From Eledone cirrhosa (lineage: Eukaryota): a stretch of DNA of 64,000 nt. Both the position numbers and the translations under genes were made by a program. The DNA is taken from contig OZ024740.1 in the NCBI GenBank assembly GCA_964016885.1, positions 429,908,001-429,972,000 of the forward strand, read 5' to 3'. How positions within the stretch are numbered: position 1 is the stretch's first letter; the number at the start of each line of letters is the position of its first letter. Positions 1 through 14,900 of the stretch are shown piece by piece. The notes below the pieces were generated by a model. The model made no database searches. It was given only the letters and a program-made list of their open reading frames with translations, and was not told the origin of the DNA.

Positions 1-1029
1 CCTAATATTACTACCTATATCATTACTGTTATATTATTCTACATAACAACCTAATATTACTACCTATATCATTACTGTTATATTATTCTAAATAACAACC
101 TAATATTACTACCTATATCATTACTGTTATATTATTCTAAATAACAACCTAATATTACTACCTATATCATTACTGTTATATTATTTTAAATAACAACCTA
201 ATATTACTACCTATATCATTACTGTTATATTATTCTAAATAACAACCTAATATTACTAACTATATCATTACTGTTATATTATTCTAAATAACAACCTAAT
301 ATTACTACCTATATCATTACTGTTATATTATTTTAAATAACAACCTAATATTACTACCTATATCATTACTGTTATATTATTCTAAATAACAACCTAATAT
401 TACTACCTATATCATTACTGTTATATTATTCTAAATAACAACCTAATATTACTACCTATATCATTACTGTTATATTATTCTAAATAACAACCTAATATTA
501 CTACCTATATCATTACTGTTATATTATTCTAAATAACAACCTAATATTACTACCTATATAATTACTGTTATATAATTTTAAATAACAACCTAATATTACT
601 ACCTATATCATTACTGTTATATTATTCTAAATAACAACCTAATATTACAACCTATATCATTACTGTTATATTATTCTAAATAACAACCTAATATTACAAC
701 CTATATCATTACTGTTATATTATTCTAAATAACGACCTAATATTACAACCTATATCATTACTGTTATATTATTCTAAATAACAACCTAATATTACTACCT
801 ATATCATTACTGTTATATTATTCAAAATAACAACATTATATTACTACCTATATCATTACTGTTATATTATTCTAAATATCAACCTAATATTACTACCTAT
901 ATCATTACTGTTATATTATTCTAAATAACAACCTAATATTACTACCTATATCATTACTGTTATATTATTCTAAATAATAACCTAATATTACTACCTATAT
1001 CATTACTGTTATATTATTCTAAATAACAA

Positions 1030-4000
1030 CCTAATATTACTACCTATATCATTACTGTTATATAATTCTAAACAACAACCTAATATTACTACCTATATCA
1101 TTACTGTTATATTATTCTAAATAACAACCTAATATTACTACCTATATCATTACTGTTATATTATTTTAAATAACAACCTAATATTTCTACCTATATCATT
1201 ACTGTTATATTATTCTAAATAACAACCTAATATTACTACCTATATCATTACTGTTATATTATTCTAAATAACAACCTAATATTACTACCTATATCATTAC
1301 TGTTATATTATTCTAAATAACAACCTAATATTACTACCTATATCATTACTGTTATATTATTCTAAATAACAACCTAATATTACTACCTATATAATTACTG
1401 TTATATAATTTTAAATAACAACCTAATATTACTACCTATATCATTACTGTTATATTATTCTAAATAACAACCTAATATTACAACCTATATCATTACTGTT
1501 ATATTATTCTAAATAACAACCTAATATTACAACCTATATCATTACTGTTATATTATTCTAAATAACAACCTAATATTACAACCTATATCATTACTGTTAT
1601 ATTATTCTAAATAACAACCTAATATTACTACCTATATCATTACTGTTATATTATTCAAAATAACAACATTATATTACTACCTATATCATTACTGTTATAT
1701 TATTCTAAATATCAACCTAATATTACTACCTATATCATTACTGTTATATTATTCTAAATAACAACCTAATATTACTACCTATATCATTACTGTTATATTA
1801 TTCTAAATAATAACCTAATATTACTACCTATATCATTACTGTTATATTATTCTAAATAACAACCTAATATTACTACCTATATCATTACTGTTATATTATT
1901 CTAAACAACAACCTAATATTACTACCTATATCATTACTGTTATATTATTCTAAATAACAACCTAATATTACTACCTATATCATTACTGTTATATTATTTT
2001 AAATAACAACCTAATATTTCTACCTATATCATTACTGTTATATTATTCTAAATAACAACCTAATATTACTACCTATATCATTACTGTTATATTATTTTAA
2101 ATAACAACCTAATATTACTACCTATATCATTACTGTTATATTATTCTAAATAACAACCTAATATTACTACCTATATCATTACTGTTATATTATTCTAAAT
2201 AACAACCTAATATTACTGCCTATATCATTACTGTTATATTATTCTAAATAACAACCTAATATTACTACCTATATCATTACTGTTATATTATTCTAAATAA
2301 CAACCTAATATTACTACCTATATCATTACTGTTATATTATTCTAAATAACAACCTAATATTACAACCTATATCATTACTGTTATATTATTCTAAATAACA
2401 ACCTAATATTACTACCTATATCATTACTGTTATATTATTTTAAATAACAACCTAATATTACTACCTATATTATTACTGTTATATTATTCTAAATAACAAC
2501 ATAATATTACTACCTATATCATTACTGTTATATTATTCTAAATAATAACCTAATATTACTACCTATATCATTACTGTTATATTATTCTACATAACAACCT
2601 AATATTACTACCTATATCATTACTGTTATATTATTCTAAATAACAACCTAATATTACTACCTATATCATTACTGTTATATTATTCTAAATAACAACCTAA
2701 TATTACTACCTATATCATTACTGTTATATTATTTTAAATAACAACCTAATATTACTACCTATATCATTACTGTTATATTATTCTAAATAACAACCTAATA
2801 TTACTAACTATATCATTACTGTTATATTATTCTAAATAACAACCTAATATTACTACCTATATCATTACTGTTATATTATTTTAAATAACAACCTAATATT
2901 ACTACCTATATCATTACTGTTATATTATTCTAAATAACAACCTAATATTACTACCTATATCATTACTGTTATATTATTCTAAATAACAACCTAATATTAC
3001 TACCTATATCATTACTGTTATATTATTCTAAATAATAACCTAATATTACTACCTATATCATTACTGTTATATTATTTTAAATAACAACCTAATATTACAA
3101 CCTATATCATTACTGTCATATTATTCTAAATAACAATTTAATATTACTACCTATATTATTACTGTTATATTATTCTAAATAACAACCTAATATTACTACC
3201 TATATCATTACTGTTATATTATTCTAAATAACAACCTAATATTACTACCAATATCATTACTGTTATATTATTCTAAATAATAACCTAATATTACTACCTA
3301 TATCATTACTGTTATATTATTCTAAATAACAACCTAATATTACTACCTATATCATTACTGTTATATTATTCTAAACAACAACCTAATATTACTACCTATA
3401 TCATTACTGTTATATTATTCTAAATAACAACCTAATATTACTACCTATATCATTACTGTTATATTATTTTAAATAACAACCTAATATTTCTACCTATATC
3501 ATTACTGTTATATTATTCTAAATAACAACCTAATATTACTACCTATATCATTACTGTTATATTATTCTAAATAACAACCTAATATTACTACCTATATCAT
3601 TACTGTTATATTATTCTAAATAACAACCTAATATTACTACCTATATCATTACTGTTATATTATTCTAAATAACAACCTAATATTACTACCTATATAATTA
3701 CTGTTATATAATTTTAAATAACAACCTAATATTACTACCTATATCATTACTGTTATATTATTCTAAATAACAACCTAATATTACAACCTATATCATTACT
3801 GTTATATTATTCTAAATAACAACCTAATATTACAACCTATATCATTACTGTTATATTATTCTAAATAACAACCTAATATTACAACCTATATCATTACTGT
3901 TATATTATTCTAAATAAAAACCTAATATTACTACCTATATCATTACTGTTATATTATTCAAAATAACAACATTATATTACTACCTATATCATTACTGTTA

Positions 4001-7000
4001 TATTATTCTAAATATCAACCTAATATTACTACCTATATCATTACTGTTATATTATTCTAAATAACAACCTAATATTACTACCTATATCATTACTGTTATA
4101 TTATTCTAAATAATAACCTAATATTACTACCTATATCATTACTGTTATATTATTCTAAATAACAACCTAATATTACTACCTATATCATTACTGTTATATT
4201 ATTCTAAACAACAACCTAATATTACTACCTATATCATTACTGTTATATTATTCTAAATAACAACCTAATATTACTACCTATATCATTACTGTTATATTAT
4301 TTTAAATAACAACCTAATATTTCTACCTATATCATTACTGTTATATTATTCTAAATAACAACCTAATATTACTACCTATATCATTACTGTTATATTATTT
4401 TAAATAACAACCTAATATTACTACCTATATCATTACTGTTATATTATTCTAAATAACAACCTAATATTACTACCTATATCATTACTGTTATATTATTCTA
4501 AATAACAACCTAATATTACTGCCTATATCATTACTGTTATATTATTCTAAATAACAACCTAATATTACTACCTATATCATTACTGTTATATTATTCTAAA
4601 TAACAACCTAATATTACTACCTATATCATTACTGTTATATTATTCTAAATAACAACCTAATATTACAACCTATATCATTACTGTTATATTATTCTAAATA
4701 ACAACCTAATATTACTACCTATATCATTACTGTTATATTATTTTAAATAACAACCTAATATTACTACCTATATCATTACTGTTATATTATTCTAAATAAC
4801 AACCTAATATTACTACCTATATCATTACTGTTATATTATTCTAAATAACAACCTAATATTACTACCTATATCATTACTGTTATATTATTCTAAATAATAA
4901 CCTAATATTACTACCTATATCATTACTGTTATATTATTCTACATAACAACCTAATATTACTACCTATATCATTACTGTTATATTATTCTAAATAACAACC
5001 TAATATTACTACCTATATCATTACTGTTATATTATTCTAAATAACAACCTAATATTACTACCTATATCATTACTGTTATATTATTTTAAATAACAACCTA
5101 ATATTACTACCTATATCATTACTGTTATATTATTCTAAATAACAACCTAATATTACTAACTATATCATTACTGTTATATTATTCTAAATAACAACCTAAT
5201 ATTACTACCTATATCATTACTGTTATATTATTCTAAACAACAACCTAATATTACTACCTATATCATTACTGTTATATTATTCTAAATAACAACCTAATAT
5301 TACTACCTATATCATTACTGTTATATTATTTTAAATAACAACCTAATATTTCTACCTATATCATTACTGTTATATTATTCTAAATAACAACCTAATATTA
5401 CTACCTATATCATTACTGTTATATTATTCTAAATAACAACCTAATATTACTACCTATATCATTACTGTTATATTATTCTAAATAACAACCTAATATTACT
5501 ACCTATATCATTACTGTTATATTATTCTAAATAACAACCTAATATTACTACCTATATAATTACTGTTATATAATTTTAAATAACAACCTAATATTACTAC
5601 CTATATCATTATTGTTATATTATTCTAAATAACAACCTAATATTACAACCTATATCATTACTGTTATATTATTCTAAATAACAACCTAATATTACAACCT
5701 ATATCATTACTGTTATATTATTCTAAATAACAACCTAATATTACAACCTATATCATTACTGTTATATTATTCTAAATAACAACCTAATATTACTACCTAT
5801 ATCATTACTGTTATATTATTCAAAATAACAACATTATATTACTACCTATATCATTACTGTTATATTATTCTAAATATCAACCTAATATTACTACCTATAT
5901 CATTACTGTTATATTATTCTAAATAACAACCTAATATTACTACCTATATCATTACTGTTATATTATTCTAAATAATAACCTAATATTACTACCTATATCA
6001 TTACTGTTATATTATTCTAAATAACAACCTAATATTACTACCTATATCATTACTGTTATATTATTCTAAACAACAACCTAATATTACTACCTATATCATT
6101 ACTGTTATATTATTCTAAATAACAACCTAATATTACTACCTATATCATTACTGTTATATTATTTTAAATAACAACCTAATATTTCTACCTATATCATTAC
6201 TGTTATATTATTCTAAATAACAACCTAATATTACTACCTATATCATTACTGTTATATTATTTTAAATAACAACCTAATATTACTACCTATATCATTACTG
6301 TTATATTATTCTAAATAACAACCTAATATTACTACCTATATCATTACTGTTATATTATTCTAAATAACAACCTAATATTACTGCCTATATCATTACTGTT
6401 ATATTATTCTAAATAACAACCTAATATTACTACCTATATCATTACTGTTATATTATTCTAAATAACAACCTAATATTACTACCTATATCATTACTGTTAT
6501 ATTATTCTAAATAACAACCTAATATTACAACCTATATCATTACTGTTATATTATTCTAAATAACAACCTAATATTACTACCTATATCATTACTGTTATAT
6601 TATTTTAAATAACAACCTAATATTACTACCTATATCATTACTGTTATATTATTCTAAATAACAACCTAATATTACTACCTATATCATTACTGTTATATTA
6701 TTCTAAATAATAACCTAATATTACTACCTATATCATTACTGTTATATTATTCTACATAACAACCTAATATTACTACCTATATCATTACTGTTATATTATT
6801 CTAAATAACAACCTAATATTACTACCTATATCATTACTGTTATATTATTCTAAATAACAACCTAATATTACTACCTATATCATTACTGTTATATTATTTT
6901 AAATAACAACCTAATATTACTACCTATATCATTACTGTTATATTATTCTAAATAACAACCTAATATTACTAACTATATCATTACTGTTATATTATTCTAA

Positions 7001-8950
7001 ATAACAACCTAATATTACTACCTATATCATTACTGTTATATTATTTTAAATAACAACCTAATATTACTACCTATATCATTACTGTTATATTATTCTAAAT
7101 AACAACCTAATATTACTACCTATATCATTACTGTTATATTATTCTAAATAACAACCTAATATTACTACCTATATCATTACTGTTATATTATTCTAAATAA
7201 TAACCTAATATTACTACCTATATCATTACTGTTATATTATTTTAAATAACAACCTAATATTACAACCTATATCATTACTGTCATATTATTCTAAATAACA
7301 ATTTAATATTACTACCTATATTATTACTGTTATATTATTCTAAATAACAACCTAATATTACTACCTATATCATTACTGTTATATTATTCTAAATAACAAC
7401 CTAATATTACTACCAATATCATTACTGTTATATTATTCTAAATAATAACCTAATATTACTACCTATATCATTACTGTTATATTATTCTAAATAACAACCT
7501 AATATTACTACCTATATCATTAATGTTATATTATTCTAAACAACAACCTAATATTACTACCTATATCATTACTGTTATATTATTCTAAATAACAACCTAA
7601 TATTACTACCTATATCATTACTGTTATATTATTTTAAATAACAACCTAATATTTCTACCTATATCATTACTGTTATATTATTCTAAATAATAACCTAATA
7701 TTACTACCTATATCATTACTGTTATATTATTCTAAATAACAACCTAATATTACTACCTATATCATTACTGTTATATTATTCTAAATAACAACCTAATATT
7801 ACTACCTATATCATTACTGTTATATTATTCTAAATAACAACCTAATATTACTACCTATATAATTACTGTTATATAATTTTAAATAACAACCTAATATTAC
7901 TACCTATATCATTACTGTTATATTATTCTAAATAACAACCTAATATTACAACCTATATCATTACTGTTATATTATTCTAAATAACAACCTAATATTACAA
8001 CCTATATCATTACTGTTATATTATTCTAAATAACAACCTAATATTACAACCTATATCATTACTGTTATATTATTCTAAATAAAAACCTAATATTACTACC
8101 TATATCATTACTGTTATATTATTCAAAATAACAACATTATATTACTACCTATATCATTACTGTTATATTATTCTAAATATCAACCTAATATTACTACCTA
8201 TATCATTACTTTTATATTATTCTAAATAACAACCTAATATTACTACCTATATCATTACTGTTATATTATTCTAAATAATAACCTAATATTACTACCTATA
8301 TCATTACTGTTATATTATTCTAAATAACAACCTAATATTACTACCTATATCATTACTGTTATATTATTCTAAACAACAACCTAATATTACTACCTATATC
8401 ATTACTGTTATATTATTCTAAATAACAACCTAATATTACTACCTATATCATTACTGTTATATTATTTTAAATAACAACCTAATATTTCTACCTATATCAT
8501 TACTGTTATATTATTCTAAATAACAACCTAATATTACTACCTATATCATTACTGTTATATTATTTTAAATAACAACCTAATATTACTACCTATATCATTA
8601 CTGTTATATTATTCTAAATAACAACCTAATATTACTACCTATATCATTACTGTTATATTATTCTAAATAACAACCTAATATTACTGCCTATATCATTACT
8701 GTTATATTATTCTAAATAACAACCTAATATTACTACCTATATCATTACTGTTATATTATTCTAAATAACAACCTAATATTACTACCTATATCATTACTGT
8801 TATATTATTCTAAATAACAACCTAATATTACAACCTATATCATTACTGTTATATTATTCTAAATAACAACCTAATATTACTACCTATATCATTACTGTTA
8901 TATTATTTTAAATAACAACCTAATATTACTACCTATATCATTACTGTTAT
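1030..8950. repeat. Higher-order duplication, period 4,165 bp (85 monomers); boundaries approximate
   Basis: Variant pairs exactly 4,165 apart: 1073/5238, 1657/5822, 3117/7282, 3250/7415, 3918/8083, 3960/8125. Confidence 0.85.
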
Positions 8951-11900
8951 ATTATTCTAAATAACAACCTAATATTACTACCTATATCATTACTGTTATA
9001 TTATTCTAAATAATAACCTAATATTACTACCTATATCATTACTGTTATATTATTCTACATAACAACCTAATATTACTACCTATATCATTACTGTTATATT
9101 ATTCTAAATAACAACCTAATATTACTACCTATATCATTACTGTTATATTATTCTAAATAACAACCTAATATTACTACCTATATCATTACTGTTATATTAT
9201 TTTAAATAACAACCTAATATTACTACCTATATCATTACTGTTATATTATTCTAAATAACAACCTAATATTACTAACTATATCATTACTGTTATATTATTC
9301 TAAATAACAACCTAATATTACTACCTATATCATTACTGTTATATTATTTTAAATAACAACCTAATATTACTACCTATATCATTACTGTTATATTATTCTA
9401 AATAACAACCTAATATTACTACCTATATCATTACTGTTATATTATTCTAAATAACAACCTAATATTACTACGTATATCATTACTGTTATATTATTCTAAA
9501 TAATAACCTAATATTACTACCTATATCATTACTGTTATATTATTTTAAATAACAACCTAATATTACAACCTATATCATTACTGTCATATTATTCTAAATA
9601 ACAATTTAATATTACTACCTATATTATTACTGTTATATTATTCTAAATAACAACCTAATATTACTACCTATATCATTACTGTTATATTATTCTAAATAAC
9701 AACCTAATATTACTACCAATATCATTACTGTTATATTATTCTAAATAACAACCTAATATTACAACCTATATCATTACTGTTATATTATTCTGAATAACAA
9801 CCTAATATTACAACCTATATCATTACTGTTATATTATTCTAAATAACAACATAATATTACAACCTATATCATTACTGTTATATTATTCTAAATAACAACC
9901 TAATATTACTACCTATATCATTACTGTTATATTATTCTAAATAACAACCTAATATTACTATCTATATCATTGCTGTTATATTATTCTAAATAACAACCTA
10001 ATATTACTACCTATATCATTACTGTTATATTATTTTAAATAACAACCTAATATTACTACCTATATCATTACTGTCATATTATTCTAAATAACAACCTAAC
10101 ATTACTACCTATATCATTACTGTTATATTATTCTAAATAACAACCTAATATTACTACCTATATCATTACTGTTATATTATTCTAAATAACAACCTAATAT
10201 TACTACCTATATCATTACTGTTATATTATTTTAAATAACAACCTAATATTACTACCTATATCATTACTGTTATATTATTCTAAATAACAACCTAATATTA
10301 CTACCTATATCATTACTGTTATATTATTCTAAATAACAACCTAATATTACAACCTATATCATTACTGTTATATTATTCTAAATAACAACCTAATATTACT
10401 TCCTATATCATTACTGTTATATTATTCTAAATAACAACCTAATATTACTACCTATATCATTACTGTTATATTATTCTAAATAACAACCTAATATTACTTC
10501 CTATATCATTACTGTTATATTATTCTAAATAACAACCTAATATTACTACCTATATCATTACTGTTATATTATTTTAAATAACAACCTAATATTACTACCT
10601 ATATCATTACTGTTATATTATTCTAAATAACAACCTAATATTACTACCTATATCATTACTGTTATATTATTCTAAATAACAACCTAATATTACAACCTAT
10701 ATCATTACTGTTATATTATTCTAAATAACAACCTAATATTACTTCCTATATCATTACTGTTATATTATTCTAAATAACAACCTAATATTACTACCTATAT
10801 CATTACTGTTATATTATTCTAAATAACAACCTAATATTACTACCTATATCATTACTGTTATATTATTCTAAATAACAACATAATATTACAACCTATATCA
10901 TTACTGTTATATTATTCTAAATAACAACCTAATATTACTTCCTATATCATTACTGTTATATTATTCTAAATAACAACCTAATATTACTACCTATATCATT
11001 ACTGTTATATTATTCTAAATAACAACCTAATATTACTACCTATATCATTACTGTTATATTATTCTAAATAACAACCTAATATTACAACCTATATCATTAC
11101 TGTTATATTATTCTAAATAACAACCTAATATTACTTCCTATATCATTACTGTTATATTATTCTAAATAACAACCTAATATTACTTCCTATATCATTACTG
11201 TTATATTATTCTAAATAACAACCTAATATTACTACCTATATCATTACTGTTATATTATTTTATATAACAACCTAATATTACTACCTATATCATTACTGTT
11301 ATATTATTCTAAATAACAACCTAATATTACTACCTATATCATTACTGTTATATTATTCTAAATAACAACCTAATATTACAACCTATATCATTACTGTTAT
11401 ATTATTCTAAATAACAACCTAATATTACTTCCTATATCATTACTGTTATATTATTCTAAATAACAACCTAATATTACTACCTATATCATTACTGTTATAT
11501 TATTTTAAATAACAACCTAATATTACTACCTATATCATTACTGTTATATTATTCTAAATAACAACCTAATATTACTTCCTATATCATTACTGTTATATTA
11601 TTCTAAATAACAACCTAATATTACTTCCTATATCATTACTGTTATATTATTCTAAATAACAACCTAATATTACTACCTATATCATTACTGTTATATTATT
11701 TTAAATAACAACCTAATATTACTACCTATATCATTACTGTTATATTATTCTAAATAACAACCTAATATTACTACCTATATCATTACTGTTATATTATTTT
11801 AAATAACAACCTAATATTACTACCTATATCATTACTGTTATATTATTATAAATAACAACCTAATATTACTACCTATATCATTACTTTTATATTATTCTAA

Positions 11901-14900
11901 ATAACAACCTAATATTTCTACCTATATCATTACTGTTATATTATTCTAAATAACAACCTAATATTACTACCTATATCATTACTGTTATATTATTTTAAAT
12001 AACAACCTAATATTACTACCTATATCATTACTGTTATATTATTCTAAATAACAACCTAATATTACTACCTATATCATTACTGTTATATTATTCTAAATAA
12101 CAACCTAATATTACTACCTATATCATTACTGTTATATTATTTTAAATAACAACCTAATATTACTACCTATATCATTACTGTTATATTATTCTAAATAACA
12201 ACCTAATATTACTACCTATATCATTACTGTTATATTATTCTAAATAACAACCTAATATTACTACCTATATCATTACTGTTATATTATTCTAAATAATAAC
12301 CTAATATTACTACCTATATCATTACTGTTATATTATTTTAAATAACAACCTAATATTACTACCTATATCATTACTGTTATATTATTCTAAATAACAACCT
12401 AATATTACTACCTATATCATTACTGTTATATTATTCTAAATAACAACCTAATATTACTACCTATATCATTACTGTTATATTATTTTAAATAACAATCTAA
12501 TATTACTACCTATATCATTACTGTTATATTATTCTAAATAACAACCTAATATTACTACCTATATCATTACAGTTATATTATTCTAAATAACAACCTAATA
12601 TTACAAGCTATATCATTACTGTTATATTATTCTAAATAACAACCTAATATTACAACCTATATCATTACTGTTATATTATTCTAAATAACAACCTAATATT
12701 ACTACCTATATCATCACTGTTATATTATTTTAAATAACCTAATATTACTACCTATATCATTACTGTTATATTATTTTAAATAACAACCTAATATTACTAC
12801 CTATATCATTACTGTTATATTATTCTAAATAACAACCTAATATTACTACCTATATCATTACTGTTATATTATTCTAAATAACAACCTAATATTACTACCT
12901 ATATCATTACTGTTATATTATTCTAAATAACAACCTAATATTACTACCTATATCATTACTGTTATATTATTCTAAATAACAACCTAATATTACTACCTAT
13001 ATAATTACTGTTATATAATTTTAAATAACAACCTAATATTACTACCTATATCATTACTGTTATATTATTCTAAATAACAACCTAATATTACAACCTATAT
13101 CATTACTGTTATATTATTCTAAATAACAACCTAATATTACTACCTATATCATTACTGTTATATTATTCTAAATAACAACCTAATATTACTACCTATATCA
13201 TTACTGTTATATTATTCTAAATAATAACCTAATATTACTACCTATATCATTACTGTTATATTATTCTAAATAACAACCTAATATTACAACCTATATCATT
13301 ACTGTTATATTATTCTAAATAACAACCTAATATTACTACCTATATCATTACTGTTATATTATTCAAAATAACAACATTATATTACTACCTATATCATTAC
13401 TGTTATATTATTCTAAATATCAACCTAATATTACTACCTATATCATTACTGTTATATTATTCTAAATAACAACCTAATATTACTACCTATATCATTACTG
13501 TTATATTATTCTAAATAATAACCTAATATTACTACCTATATCATTACTGTTATATTATTCTAAATAACAACCTAATATTACTACCTATATCATTACTGTT
13601 ATATTATTCTAAACAACAACCTAATATTACTACCTATATCATTACTGTTATATTATTCTAAATAACAACCTAATATTACTACCTATATCATTACTGTTAT
13701 ATTATTTTAAATAACAACCTAATATTTCTACCTATATCATTACTGTTATATTATTCTAAATAACAACCTAATATTACTACCTATATCATTACTGTTATAT
13801 TATTTTAAATAACAACCTAATAATACTACCTATATCATTACTGTTATATTATTCTAAATAACAACCTAATATTACTACCTATATCATTACTGTTATATTA
13901 TTCTAAATAACAACCTAATATTACTGCCTATATCATTACTGTTATATTATTCTAAATAACAACCTAATATTACTACCTATATCATTACTGTTATATTATT
14001 CTAAATAACAACCTAATATTACTACCTATATCATTACTGTTATATTATTCTAAATAACAACTAATATTACAACCTATATCATTACTGTTATATTATTCTA
14101 AATAACAACCTAATATTACTACCTATATCATTACTGTTATATTATTTTAAATAACAACCTAATATTACTACCTATATCATTACTGTTATATTATTCTAAA
14201 TAACAACCTAATATTACTACCTATATCATTACTGTTATATTATTCTAAATAATAACCTAATATTACTACCTATATCATTACTGTTATATTATTCTAAATA
14301 ACAACCTAATATTACTACCTATATCATTACTGTTATATTATTCTAAATAACAACCTAATATTACTACCTATATCATTACTGTTATATTATTTTAAATAAC
14401 AACCTAATATTACTACCTATATCATTACTGTTATATTATTATAAATAACAACCTAATATTACAACCTATATCATTACTGTTATATTATTCTAAATAACAA
14501 CCTAATATTACTACCTATATCATTACTGTTATATTATTCTAAATAAAAACCTAATATTACTACCTATATCATTACTGTTATATTATTTTAAATAACAACC
14601 TAATATTACTACCTATATCATTACTGTTATATTATTCTAAATAACAACCTAATATTACTACCTATATCATTACTGTTATATTATTTTAAATAACAACCTA
14701 ATATTACTACCTATATCATTACTGTTATATTATTCTAAATAACCAGCTAATATTACTACCTATATCTTTACTGTTATATTATTCTAAATAACAACCTAAT
14801 ATTACTACCTATATCATTACTGTTATATTATTCTAAATAATAACCTAATATTACTACCTATATCATTACTGTTATATTATTTTAAATAACAACCTAATAT

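Noticed and set aside
47-54. Telomeric repeat (CCTAA = TTAGG on the minus strand, once per monomer)
   Set aside because: It is a single 5-mer per 49 bp and never tandem, and no TTAGGG is present. This is insufficient to call telomeric origin despite the C/G skew.
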